From assembly GCA_035480635.1 (NCBI GenBank), contig DATIHN010000016.1:562-64561 (forward strand): a DNA stretch of 64,000 bases, in the 5' to 3' direction. The DNA comes from Candidatus Saccharimonadales bacterium. GTDB taxonomy: Bacteria > Patescibacteriota > Saccharimonadia > UBA4664 > DATIHN01. Under the pieces are notes generated by a model, which worked only from the letters and a program-made list of their open reading frames with translations, did not search any database and was not told the DNA's origin. Within the stretch, counting starts at the first letter, position 1, and each line of letters begins with the position of its first letter. The position numbers and the translations under genes were made by a program. Shown here in pieces: positions 24,567-32,380 of this stretch.

Positions 24567-24860
24567 CTATGCTACGAAATGAAGGCCGAATTGCCAGATG
24601 TAATAACTGGCTAGCATGATGCCTAAGGTAAAGGCTGTTAGCAACCGCAGGCGCCGATCCCACCAATAACTCAGCGCTACGGCGGCTAGCGCCGGTAGGC
24701 CAGCGTAACTATTGGGCGATCCGGTGCCACCTAGGGCGATTTTGGTCGAGACGTTATCGGTCACCGACACCATGAAGACGATAGCTAAAATTAATCCGAC
24801 CAAGGCAGCCAAGCGGCTGCGGTCGAGTTTAATAAGGGTTGGGTTTTTACTTTTGGCCAT
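24567..24860 (-). CDS. Small membrane protein (97 aa).
   Basis: Three hydrophobic segments. Confidence 0.4.
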   Translation of the reverse strand: MAKSKNPTLIKLDRSRLAALVGLILAIVFMVSVTDNVSTKIALGGTGSPNSYAGLPALAAVALSYWWDRRLRLLTAFTLGIMLASYYIWQFGLHFVA

Positions 24861-24944
24861 TTTGAATCCTATTTTTATACTATTATTATAGCATAAGCGG
24901 AATACTTAAACCGATTTTTTTAGCTATTCCTAATAACTGATTCC

Positions 24945-24973
24945 TTGACTTAACAGAGCTATTATGGTAGTCT
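24945..24973 (+). promoter_or_regulatory. Putative promoter: TTGACT, 17 nt spacer, TAGTCT.
   Basis: Consensus -35 hexamer; the -10 fits TAnnnT. It sits ahead of the AGGAGA RBS of the island's first gene. Confidence 0.35.
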
Positions 24974-25009
24974 TGGGCGGTTCAGGACCTCGCCTATTTA
25001 AGGAGAGAC

Positions 25010-25288
25010 GTGAAGCACCGAAAAGGATCATCAAAAATCAAGTACGATCACCATATGATCTCGGGCCTTCGCGACTTTCTCGAAAGCATCGAAGACTGGC
25101 CGGAGATCAAATCGATCATCCCTGGTCGCATCAAACGCACCGGCATACATACAGCCCTGAAGCTCAAGGTCCAATACCCCACCGACACCGGTTTGAAGTG
25201 CCAGGCTCAGTCTGGGGGAGCAATCCAGGAGGTCTTCGTTGTCACATCCGTACCAGACGTGCTTGCTCGTAAGCTCAACAACCTATAG
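25010..25288 (+). CDS. Small hypothetical protein (92 aa), partner of the NYN gene.
   Basis: AGGAGA RBS and GTG start. The stop lies 12 nt before the NYN ORF. Confidence 0.45.
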   Translation: MKHRKGSSKIKYDHHMISGLRDFLESIEDWPEIKSIIPGRIKRTGIHTALKLKVQYPTDTGLKCQAQSGGAIQEVFVVTSVPDVLARKLNNL

Positions 25289-25300
25289 GGGTGAAGCAAC

Positions 25301-25828
25301 GTGGAGATGCCGAAGTTCGCATTAGTTGCCATCGATGGCGATAACATCGACCGCACGCTCTTTGGGGAGCTCAAGAGTCAACTTGCCCCAGGGGTCTTGG
25401 TGGAAGTGATAGCCGAACTGCTCCCCAATCACACCACCTGGAGCCTGGGCTGCTACACGGTTCCGCAAACCGACCGAGCTATGTCTCTCCAGCAGCATTA
25501 TCTGCGCGAGTTGGTGGCAGCCGGTATCGCTATTCGGCGATGGCGGCGGGGAGCCATTCGCGGCCGTACCGTCGGCTACCCCGACAGCTGGCTGGTGGAG
25601 CAGGTGGTGACCATTTGGGATCGATTCGACACGCTGGTATTAGTGACGGCCGACCGGGACTACGTCCCCTTGTTATCTAATGCCCAAGCCATGGGCAAAG
25701 ACACCGTCGTGCTTTCACCTCAACCGGTGGCTTGGCCCAGCTTCGTGCGAGTACATGAACTCGACTGGCTCGACACTCAACACCCAGGTCTTCTACGCTC
25801 ACTTATTGCCGCCCCGGCCTGGATATAA
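25301..25828 (+). CDS. NYN-domain (LabA-like, PIN-related) RNase.
   Basis: ALVAIDGDNIDR and LVLVTADRDYVPLL...GKDTVVL match the NYN acidic motifs. Confidence 0.7.
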   Translation: MEMPKFALVAIDGDNIDRTLFGELKSQLAPGVLVEVIAELLPNHTTWSLGCYTVPQTDRAMSLQQHYLRELVAAGIAIRRWRRGAIRGRTVGYPDSWLVEQVVTIWDRFDTLVLVTADRDYVPLLSNAQAMGKDTVVLSPQPVAWPSFVRVHELDWLDTQHPGLLRSLIAAPAWI

Positions 25829-25829
25829 G

Positions 25830-25870
25830 CCCCCTAGAGTCTATTTGGATTCTAGGGGGTTAACATTTTG
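25830..25870 (+). terminator. Rho-independent terminator.
   Basis: CCCCCTAGA ... TCTAGGGGG 9-bp stem followed by TTAACATTTTG. Confidence 0.6.
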
Positions 25871-25879
25871 ATAAAAGCA

Positions 25880-25908
25880 TTGACGTAGTTCAAAAAAAAT
25901 ACTAGAAT
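25880..25908 (+). promoter_or_regulatory. Strong sigma70 promoter: TTGACG, 17 nt spacer, TAGAAT.
   Basis: Near-consensus hexamers with 17-nt spacing, about 70 nt before the GAGGAGGG RBS and ATG 25980. Confidence 0.6.
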
Positions 25909-25979
25909 AACCTATCTTGCTCAAATTTGGGTAAGAGCTCTTTGATTAGAGCGCTCTACATCCCGAGGAGGGATCTGGT

Positions 25980-26726
25980 ATGGCAGGTACAGCAAACTCC
26001 ACCGACCAACCGACGTGGGTAACCATCGACATCGTATGTGTCGGTGACGAGCCCATGCTCTGTAACCCGATGAGTCGCGACCAGCTCGTGGCCATCGCCG
26101 AGAAGCGTCCAGTTGCCTGGCCCGCTGACCGTCCTGTGATCGAGCAGGCCGACGTTAAGGCCGAGCTGATGAGGGACACCGACGGCCACTACGGCTTCCC
26201 GCGGCAGTGGCTGCAGGGGGCCTTGAGGGAAGCTGGTCGCTCAGTACCCACCGGTAAGGCTGCTCGGCAGATGATCAGCACCGCTACCAGCACGCGCTTG
26301 CGCACCCTGGTGCGGATCGATCCAGTCTGCCTGAGCTTCAACGCCGACGGTGAGCGGTTCATCCGCTTCAGCAGTCACTCCGAGTACGAACGCGATGTCC
26401 GCAAGGGCGTCGGGGGTAACGCTGCCAAGCCGGTGGCGGTAGCGATCGTGCGGCCGCTCTTCCGTAACTGGGCCTTCCGCGTCCGCATCCAGGCATCCAC
26501 CAGCATCGACACCTCGCGCATTCGTGAGCTATTCGAGATCGCTGGTGCCAGCCAGGGTTTGGGCGACTTCCGCCCCGGCAAGGGTGGCGAGTTCGGCTGC
26601 TTCCAAGTGGCCTCGTTGGTCAAATACGACGATCCAGCCGAGGTACCGGAGTTCGTACTGGCCACCAACGCCATGACGGCGGCGGACAACGGCCAGGGCA
26701 AGGTTCACGAACTCGCCAGCACTTAG
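25980..26726 (+). CDS. Hypothetical protein (248 aa) with a glycine-rich loop GLGDFRPGKGGEFG.
   Basis: Monocistronic unit with its own promoter and terminator. The G-rich loop is loosely reminiscent of RAMP/Cas6 loops; this is unverified. Confidence 0.6.
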   Translation: MAGTANSTDQPTWVTIDIVCVGDEPMLCNPMSRDQLVAIAEKRPVAWPADRPVIEQADVKAELMRDTDGHYGFPRQWLQGALREAGRSVPTGKAARQMISTATSTRLRTLVRIDPVCLSFNADGERFIRFSSHSEYERDVRKGVGGNAAKPVAVAIVRPLFRNWAFRVRIQASTSIDTSRIRELFEIAGASQGLGDFRPGKGGEFGCFQVASLVKYDDPAEVPEFVLATNAMTAADNGQGKVHELAST

Positions 26727-26743
26727 CCGGCCAACCGACTTGT

Positions 26744-26779
26744 GGGCCGAGGCTTCGTGCCTCGGCCCACTTTCTTTTG
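26744..26779 (+). terminator. Rho-independent terminator.
   Basis: GGGCCGAGGC TTCGT GCCTCGGCCC followed by ACTTTCTTTTG. Confidence 0.65.
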
Positions 26780-26856
26780 CCCTCATACATGTGGCAAAAG
26801 ACAAATTTTGGTCTGCTGAGCCATCTCGTTGTGCATCTTAAGTTCCATTAATTCTG

Positions 26857-27761
26857 GAGGGAGAACTCAAGTTCTCGCAAATAGTCTGGTCGAGTACAGT
26901 GGGGTCGTGTAGGTAAAGGCTTGCAGAACTACGGTACCGGGTAGGGACTGATGTTCCTACCATACCTAATGTTGGGCTAGGCTTGGTTCCGCTGGGTTGG
27001 TCAGCGTTTAGTGTGGTTATCTACCGGGCAGCAGCCGTCATGCTACTGCCAAACCTGCCCTACGGTGTGGTCCGGCCTGCTTCGTTGTGATGCCACCCAG
27101 TTAGGCATGGGGTAGCGGTCGCCAGACCGCTACTATAACTCCGGTAGGGTCCGCCATTGCAGTGTCGCCCACGCAGTTGTATGGCCCGCATGACTAGGGT
27201 TTGGTGGACTTTGGGGCGGCAGCCGACAGGTTGCCGCCATTACCTTATGTAAGGTTTACTGGGTTAGGGTTCGGCTCCATAGGCCTAGCTATTCTGCTGC
27301 TCGGGGCGGGAGAACCAAGATTCTCCCGCCAACCCTATTGTTTGGTACTGCCAGCTCACGTAAAGCATAGCTGCGTAGTCTAAGGCAAGGGGCAGCAGCT
27401 CCGGCTGCTGCCATCAGTCACGGTGACGTTCCGTGGATTAGGCTTTTGCCAGCCATGGCGTTGTCATGCTTGGTACGGGGTGGGAACCACAAAGCTCCCA
27501 CCATGGTTAGTCCACTGTGTGGTTGAGCCTGGTTTGTCGTCGTCGAGCTTGGCACACTTAGGGGCGAGACCGCTTGAACGGTCTCGCTGACACTTGTGGT
27601 AAGGTTGAGATCCCTACAGTAGAGTGCTATCGGCTTAGCTACGGGGTAGTGGCTCCGGCCGCTGCCGACATTGTGGTCGACTAGCGTAGAGTTGATTACT
27701 CTGTTGTGTGTCTCGTTTGAGTTTCCTAAGGGGTGGGGAGGGACTAAAATCCTTCCCCACC
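26857..27761 (+). repeat. Array 1: 11 tandem units of about 85 bp, each starting with a GGGG-initiated GC-rich stem-loop. Sequences diverge but structure is conserved.
   Basis: Hairpin starts at 26857, 26939, 27026, 27109, 27214, 27303, 27389, 27477, 27561, 27643 and 27730, with 82-105 bp spacing. Stems co-vary, with plus-strand G-U wobbles and one C-A mismatch in unit 3. There is no ORF. Confidence 0.7.
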
Positions 27762-27870
27762 AACAACTTTCATCGTTCTTATGGTGCTATCGTTTCACAT
27801 ACGATGCCACCTCGGCCTGATGACAGTCCGGACACCTTGACACTCGAATAGATAGAAAGGAGGGAACCGC

Positions 27871-29694
27871 ATGAGCGATTACAGTGACGCCTTGTCGCAA
27901 GAGAACCTCATGACCTGCTTCCCCCGTCAGTACCGTCGCCCCAACAACTCTCAACTGTCTGCCTTTGCCGCCATCGCCGAACACGGTAGTGAAACACTCG
28001 AGGCACCGACTGGCACCGGCAAGACCGCCGTTGGCTGGTCCTACCTCGAGGCCTTGGAACGAGCTGGCGCTACCTCACTAGTGGCTATTGCTCCCAACAA
28101 GACTCACGTAAACCAGTGGAAAGAGCTCCACCCCGATATGACGGTCGCCTATGGCCGCAGTGAGTACGACTGCCTTTACTACGACGAGGAGGACGAACCC
28201 TTTAAGGCCGACGAGATTCCTTGTTTGACCTTAACCAATTGTCCCCACCGCGTTGACGTAGAGACTGGCCAGACCGTGGAAGAGGGCGCTATGCCATGCC
28301 CCTACTACCAGGCCAAGTTCGAGGCCAGACGCTCGCGCAAACTGGTTTGCACCATGAGCTTCTACCTCTTCAATAACGTCTTTCGTGGGGACTTTGAGCC
28401 CCCCGATGGGCTGGTGATTGACGAGGCCGACCAGATTGCCAAAGTCGTTCGCGGCGCGCTCAGCTACGAAATCACCGACTTCCAACTGCGGCGCAGTGTG
28501 ATGTTGCTGGAGAGCATCGGGGCCGACGACGAGGCCAAATCGGTCAAGCAATTCCTGCGCAATATGGTCGCTATCCTGAAGCGCAAGCCCCAGGGGCAGC
28601 CAACCTTGCTAACGGACGGCGAGATTGTTCGCCTGCTGGATGCGATTGGTCAAATTGACGCCGAGGCTGTTCGGAAGCGTATTGCACGTGCCATCAAGAC
28701 TGGCGAAATCGATCCTTACGAGGACCGAGAGGTGCTAACCAGGCTAGAGCGGCTGACCCAAAACCTGGGGCGCTATTTGCGCTCTCTGGGGTATGCTCTG
28801 CCGACCGGTGAATACCACGCCCTCAACTTGGTGACCTACGCCTACAGCGACAACGAGGTAACCGACGAGAACCGGGTCAACTATAAGCTCATCATCAAGA
28901 GCTACCACGTAGCCGGTCTAGTGCGCAAGCTGCTCAGCCCAAACACCCTGGCCATGTCGGCGACCATTGGCGACAACACCGTCTTTGGCTACGAAACCGG
29001 CATTCAACTGCCATTCGTGAGCCTGCCGGGTACGTTCCCAGCAGAAAACGCCCTGGTACTGCTGCCTACAGATACGCCCAACTTGGCTCAGAAGGAGCGC
29101 AGCCGTAACCAACCCACCAGAGTGCTACGCCACATTGCCAGAGCCTGTGGCGACTTTGCCAAAAAGGATATCCGCAGCCTAGTGATTGTGGTTAGTAACC
29201 GCGAACGCGACAAGTTCCTTTGGCTCTGCCAAGAAGCTGAGGAAGATGTCGACGTAGTCAGCTACGGCGATGGCCTGACCCCCCGTCAGGCTCTGGCGGC
29301 CTTCAGGGAAGGTCAAGGGACGGTGCTCTTGGGCACGGTGGCCAACTACGGCTCGGGCGTTGACTTGCCAGAGGAGATTGCTCCAGTCACGTTTGTGCTA
29401 CGACCGGGCTACCCCAACCCCAACGACCCGTTCGCTCAGTTCGAGCGGCGACGCTTTGGCAACGGCTCTTACTGGAAGGTCTGGAACTGGCGAGTGATGA
29501 TTGAAGCTCTGCAGGTGCGCGGGCGCAATATCCGCAGTGCCAGTGATCGTGGTGCCACCATCTTCATCTCGCAACAGTTCCGGCGTTTCCTGTTTGCATC
29601 ACTGCCGGAATGGCTCAAGGACAGTTACGACGGCAGCCTGACATTCGAGGAGGCCTGCGGGCGCGTTCTCGAGCTGATGGAAGCTCAGTCGTAA
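27871..29694 (+). CDS. Rad3/XPD/DinG-family SF2 helicase with an Fe-S cluster domain (607 aa).
   Basis: APTGTGKT Walker A, a four-Cys cluster, VIDEAD box, SAT motif, and QVRGRNIRSASDRG motif VI. AAAGGAGGG RBS upstream. Confidence 0.8.
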   Translation: MSDYSDALSQENLMTCFPRQYRRPNNSQLSAFAAIAEHGSETLEAPTGTGKTAVGWSYLEALERAGATSLVAIAPNKTHVNQWKELHPDMTVAYGRSEYDCLYYDEEDEPFKADEIPCLTLTNCPHRVDVETGQTVEEGAMPCPYYQAKFEARRSRKLVCTMSFYLFNNVFRGDFEPPDGLVIDEADQIAKVVRGALSYEITDFQLRRSVMLLESIGADDEAKSVKQFLRNMVAILKRKPQGQPTLLTDGEIVRLLDAIGQIDAEAVRKRIARAIKTGEIDPYEDREVLTRLERLTQNLGRYLRSLGYALPTGEYHALNLVTYAYSDNEVTDENRVNYKLIIKSYHVAGLVRKLLSPNTLAMSATIGDNTVFGYETGIQLPFVSLPGTFPAENALVLLPTDTPNLAQKERSRNQPTRVLRHIARACGDFAKKDIRSLVIVVSNRERDKFLWLCQEAEEDVDVVSYGDGLTPRQALAAFREGQGTVLLGTVANYGSGVDLPEEIAPVTFVLRPGYPNPNDPFAQFERRRFGNGSYWKVWNWRVMIEALQVRGRNIRSASDRGATIFISQQFRRFLFASLPEWLKDSYDGSLTFEEACGRVLELMEAQS

Positions 29695-29757
29695 GGAACA
29701 CATTTACGGTAGAGCCAGGCTAGATACGTTAGTGCAGCGCGAAGCAGGCTAAGTTGT

Positions 29758-30790
29758 CGGTGGAGAGGCCGAGCTATGGGCCTCTCCACAAACTATCTGG
29801 TTCGGTAACGCGGGCTCAACTTTTGTGCCGTCATCTACTGATTGGTGCGGGGCAGCGACTTTGGTCGCTGCCAATCATTAGCTTCGGCTAGGTCAGGCTT
29901 TGCGCGCTGCTATAGGGCGGAGTTTGGTCCTGGTGGGGAGGCGAAACAGTTGGCCTCTCCACAAAACTTTCGTTAAGGTGTGGTATGGTTTGCCAGTTTT
30001 CGGTCTGCCACATCTTGGGTGGAGAAGCCAAACAGCTTCTCCATGAAAATCAGTGGTAGGGTAGCACGAGCCGTTGGACTCAGCCTTATTCTTGGGTATC
30101 GGGTGGAGTACCCAACTCCACCAAAAATTTGCTTAGCTATGCTAAGGTTATCCCCGGTGGCCTACGGTCTGGGACGGAGGCATTAGTGTCTTCGTCAAAC
30201 CTTAGGTATGGTGACCCCCTCTCCGTTGACGTATGCCAAGGCCACGTAGCTTGCGTTTCTGTTGAGCAGCGAATTGGGCGGAAGCAGAAATGCTTCCGCC
30301 ACTATTTCCGTCAGCTCGGGTTGGCTATGATGTCGTTGCGTTGATCTGGGAACGGTCTACTAGACTACGGGGCGGGGTTGTGTAACCCCGTTAAAAATTA
30401 CGGTCTGTTCAGGCTAGGCGAGCCATGCTGACTTTAGACACGGCCGGCTTCGGGGTGGGAGTGACGATGCTTCCACCAGAAATATCGTCAAGTCGAGAGA
30501 TGCACAGTGCTGTTGTTTTGCGTGAAGTACGGCTCGATAGGGTAAAGGGTGGCCGAGCAATCGGCCACTATGACTTGGGTTCGCTACTCTGTAGTAATGT
30601 CGCTTTCAGCATCGCATAGTATTGGGTGGCTGGCTTGCTAGCCACCAGCCCTACGCTAGGATTCAGTCCGGCTTTGTGGGCCTCGGTAGCTCACGGCATT
30701 CCACAGCCCGCTCGAGTCCGTTGCATTGTTCAATGGTTCAGTTGGGTAAGCGGCGGGGAGGCAGTTAAACTGCTTCCCCGCCTTTTCAAT
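29758..30790 (+). repeat. Array 2: about 11 tandem units of the same GGGG-hairpin family. The last hairpin doubles as a terminator.
   Basis: Hairpins at 29761, 29851, 29933, 30020, 30102, 30277, 30373, 30452, 30547, 30624 and 30752. G-U wobbles are plus-strand only. Hairpin K is followed by TTTTC. Confidence 0.65.
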
Positions 30791-30870
30791 TAATAAGCCA
30801 ATTTCGTTATTGGTCTGGGACTTTTCGATAACTTTAAGTTAAGATATAATTTAAGCCGTTTTGCAAGCAA

Positions 30871-30944
30871 GGCACCATGGCGGAGTGGTTACGCAGAGGT
30901 CTGCAAAACCTTTTACACCGGTTCGATTCCGGTTGGTGCCTCCA
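30871..30944 (+). tRNA. tRNA-Cys (GCA).
   Basis: Cloverleaf with anticodon loop CTGCAAA, T-loop GGTTCGATTCC, and an encoded CCA. Confidence 0.85.
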
Positions 30945-31076
30945 GGAATTTGGTACAGACATTTGTCTGTGCTGGATTCCTACGAAGCCGGAAGCGAAAG
31001 CGTAGGTTCGGTGGACGTAGGCGCGCAGGCAAGGGACAATAAATTGGTTCTTGCCGAGCACCGAGGGAGGTGGCTG

Positions 31077-31095
31077 CCAAGCCACATTCCGGTTG
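31077..31095 (+). repeat. 19-nt duplicate of the tRNA-Cys 3' end (ATTCCGGTTGGTGCCTCCA).
   Basis: Exact copy of 30926..30944, 133 bp downstream. It resembles an att-site footprint. Confidence 0.7.
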
Positions 31096-31105
31096 GTGCC
31101 TCCAA

Positions 31106-31192
31106 GTAAAACCAGGGCGAGTGGCGGAATTGGTATACGCGGCGGACTTAAAATCCGCTGCCAGCAATGGCTTGAGAGTTCGAGTCTCTCCT
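31106..31192 (+). tRNA. tRNA-Leu (TAA).
   Basis: Anticodon loop CTTAAAA, long variable arm, and CCA. Confidence 0.8.
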
Positions 31193-31240
31193 CGCCCACC
31201 AAAGATAGTCGGGCATTCGAATTTTTGCTAGAATGTGCCG

Positions 31241-31316
31241 ATACAACGTGGCGCCTTAGCTCAGTTGGTAGAGCAGTGGCCTGAAGAGCCTCGTGTCGTT
31301 GGTTCGAATCCAACAG
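31241..31316 (+). tRNA. tRNA-Phe (GAA).
   Basis: GGCGCCTTAGCTCAGTTGGTAGAGC ... CTGAAGA anticodon loop ... GGTTCGAATCC ... CCA. Confidence 0.85.
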
Positions 31317-31460
31317 GCGCCACCAGATTTTAAGAAAATCTGATTTTATTAGGCGAAATCAAACCAAGCCAAGCTGTTTGATGAGCCAAAGGAGAAACCG
31401 AATTGTAAGCCGAAAGTAAATTGGTGCCAATTTACGGAGGCTGGAGGTCGGTTTTGACGC

Positions 31461-31536
31461 GCGGGTGTAGCTCAGCTGATAGAGCGCTTCCTTGCCAAGG
31501 AAGAGGCCCCGGGTTTGAGTCCCGGTACCCGCACCA
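31461..31536 (+). tRNA. tRNA-Gly (GCC).
   Basis: GCGGGTGTAGCTCAG ... TTGCCAA anticodon loop ... GGGTTTGAGTCCC ... CCA. Confidence 0.85.
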
Positions 31537-31661
31537 ACGAAAAAGGCTCACGAGGTAGCCTGTTTCGTTGCCGGTTTCAGAGCGAAAACCCGGGATAGGG
31601 TTTGATAACTAGGAGCACGCGCAGAAGTTTACTTCGAGCATGCGACAAAGTTATACAGAGT

Positions 31662-31680
31662 AGTCCCGGTACCCGCACCA
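31662..31680 (+). repeat. 19-nt duplicate of the tRNA-Gly 3' end (AGTCCCGGTACCCGCACCA).
   Basis: Exact copy of 31518..31536, 126 bp downstream. Confidence 0.7.
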
Positions 31681-31763
31681 GTATTATTGTTAGATCTACT
31701 GCTGACATTATTTTATGCTCGGGATAAGATGGTTGTAGAGTAAAACTTTTGGGGCCAATATAT

Positions 31764-32369
31764 ATGCGCAAAATAATCGTCTTATCATTTATTACACTAG
31801 ATGGAGTCATGCAAGCACCTGGTGGGCCGGACGAAGATACATCGGGCGGTTTTAAATATGGTGGTTGGGTGGCACCGTATTTTGACGAAGAATCTGGTAA
31901 GGTCATGGCAAAACAGATGAAACCGGCCGACCTTTTGTTGGGTCGAAAAACCTTTGAGATTTTTGCATCTTACTGGCCTGAACACACTGACGATTGGCCG
32001 GGTATCAATGATGTTACAAAATACGTTATGAGCAGAACCGTCAAAAAGTCGAATTGGCAAAACTCGGTTTTTCTAGAAAGCTTGGCAGATATCAAGAAAC
32101 TCAAAAATTCAAAAGGTCCCGACCTTCAAGTCCACGGCAGTGGTCAACTCATTCAGCTCCTGCTTAAGAATGATTTAGTGGACGAACTCTGGCTCAAATT
32201 TTTCCCATTGACGCTTGGTGAAGGCAAAAAGTTGTTTGCGGGTGGTGCGATTCCGGCAGCATTTACCTTAACTGAGAGTTCAGTTACATCAAGTGGAGTA
32301 ATTTTTGCTAATTACAAGCGAGCTGGTAAAGTCAACACCGGTACTGTTGGAGATTTAGAAAGTAAATAA
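31764..32369 (+). CDS. Dihydrofolate-reductase-like (RibD C-terminal domain family) protein.
   Basis: MRKIIVLSFITLDGV ... GRKTFE ... HGSGQL ... pattern. Start chosen at the MRKII ATG. Confidence 0.7.
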   Translation: MRKIIVLSFITLDGVMQAPGGPDEDTSGGFKYGGWVAPYFDEESGKVMAKQMKPADLLLGRKTFEIFASYWPEHTDDWPGINDVTKYVMSRTVKKSNWQNSVFLESLADIKKLKNSKGPDLQVHGSGQLIQLLLKNDLVDELWLKFFPLTLGEGKKLFAGGAIPAAFTLTESSVTSSGVIFANYKRAGKVNTGTVGDLESK

Positions 32370-32380
32370 GGAGATACGAT

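Noticed and set aside
26857-27761. Tandem tRNA or pseudo-tRNA array (unit length of about 85 bp resembles tRNA genes).
   Set aside because: Units start with a local 5' hairpin rather than a split acceptor stem. There is no GTTCRANYC T-loop or cloverleaf.
26857-30790. Canonical CRISPR arrays flanking a csf4-like dinG (type IV).
   Set aside because: The unit period is about 85 bp. The hairpin 'repeats' differ in sequence in every unit, and there are no cas7/cas5/cas8 genes. Only the structure is conserved, so a bona fide CRISPR call is not supportable.
30834-31313. 159-aa minus-strand ORF and several 77-84-aa ORFs over the tRNA cluster.
   Set aside because: They overlap four well-formed tRNA genes, so they are spurious.
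31577-31906. 109-aa minus-strand ORF.
   Set aside because: It overlaps the start of the DHFR-like gene, which has a clear family match.
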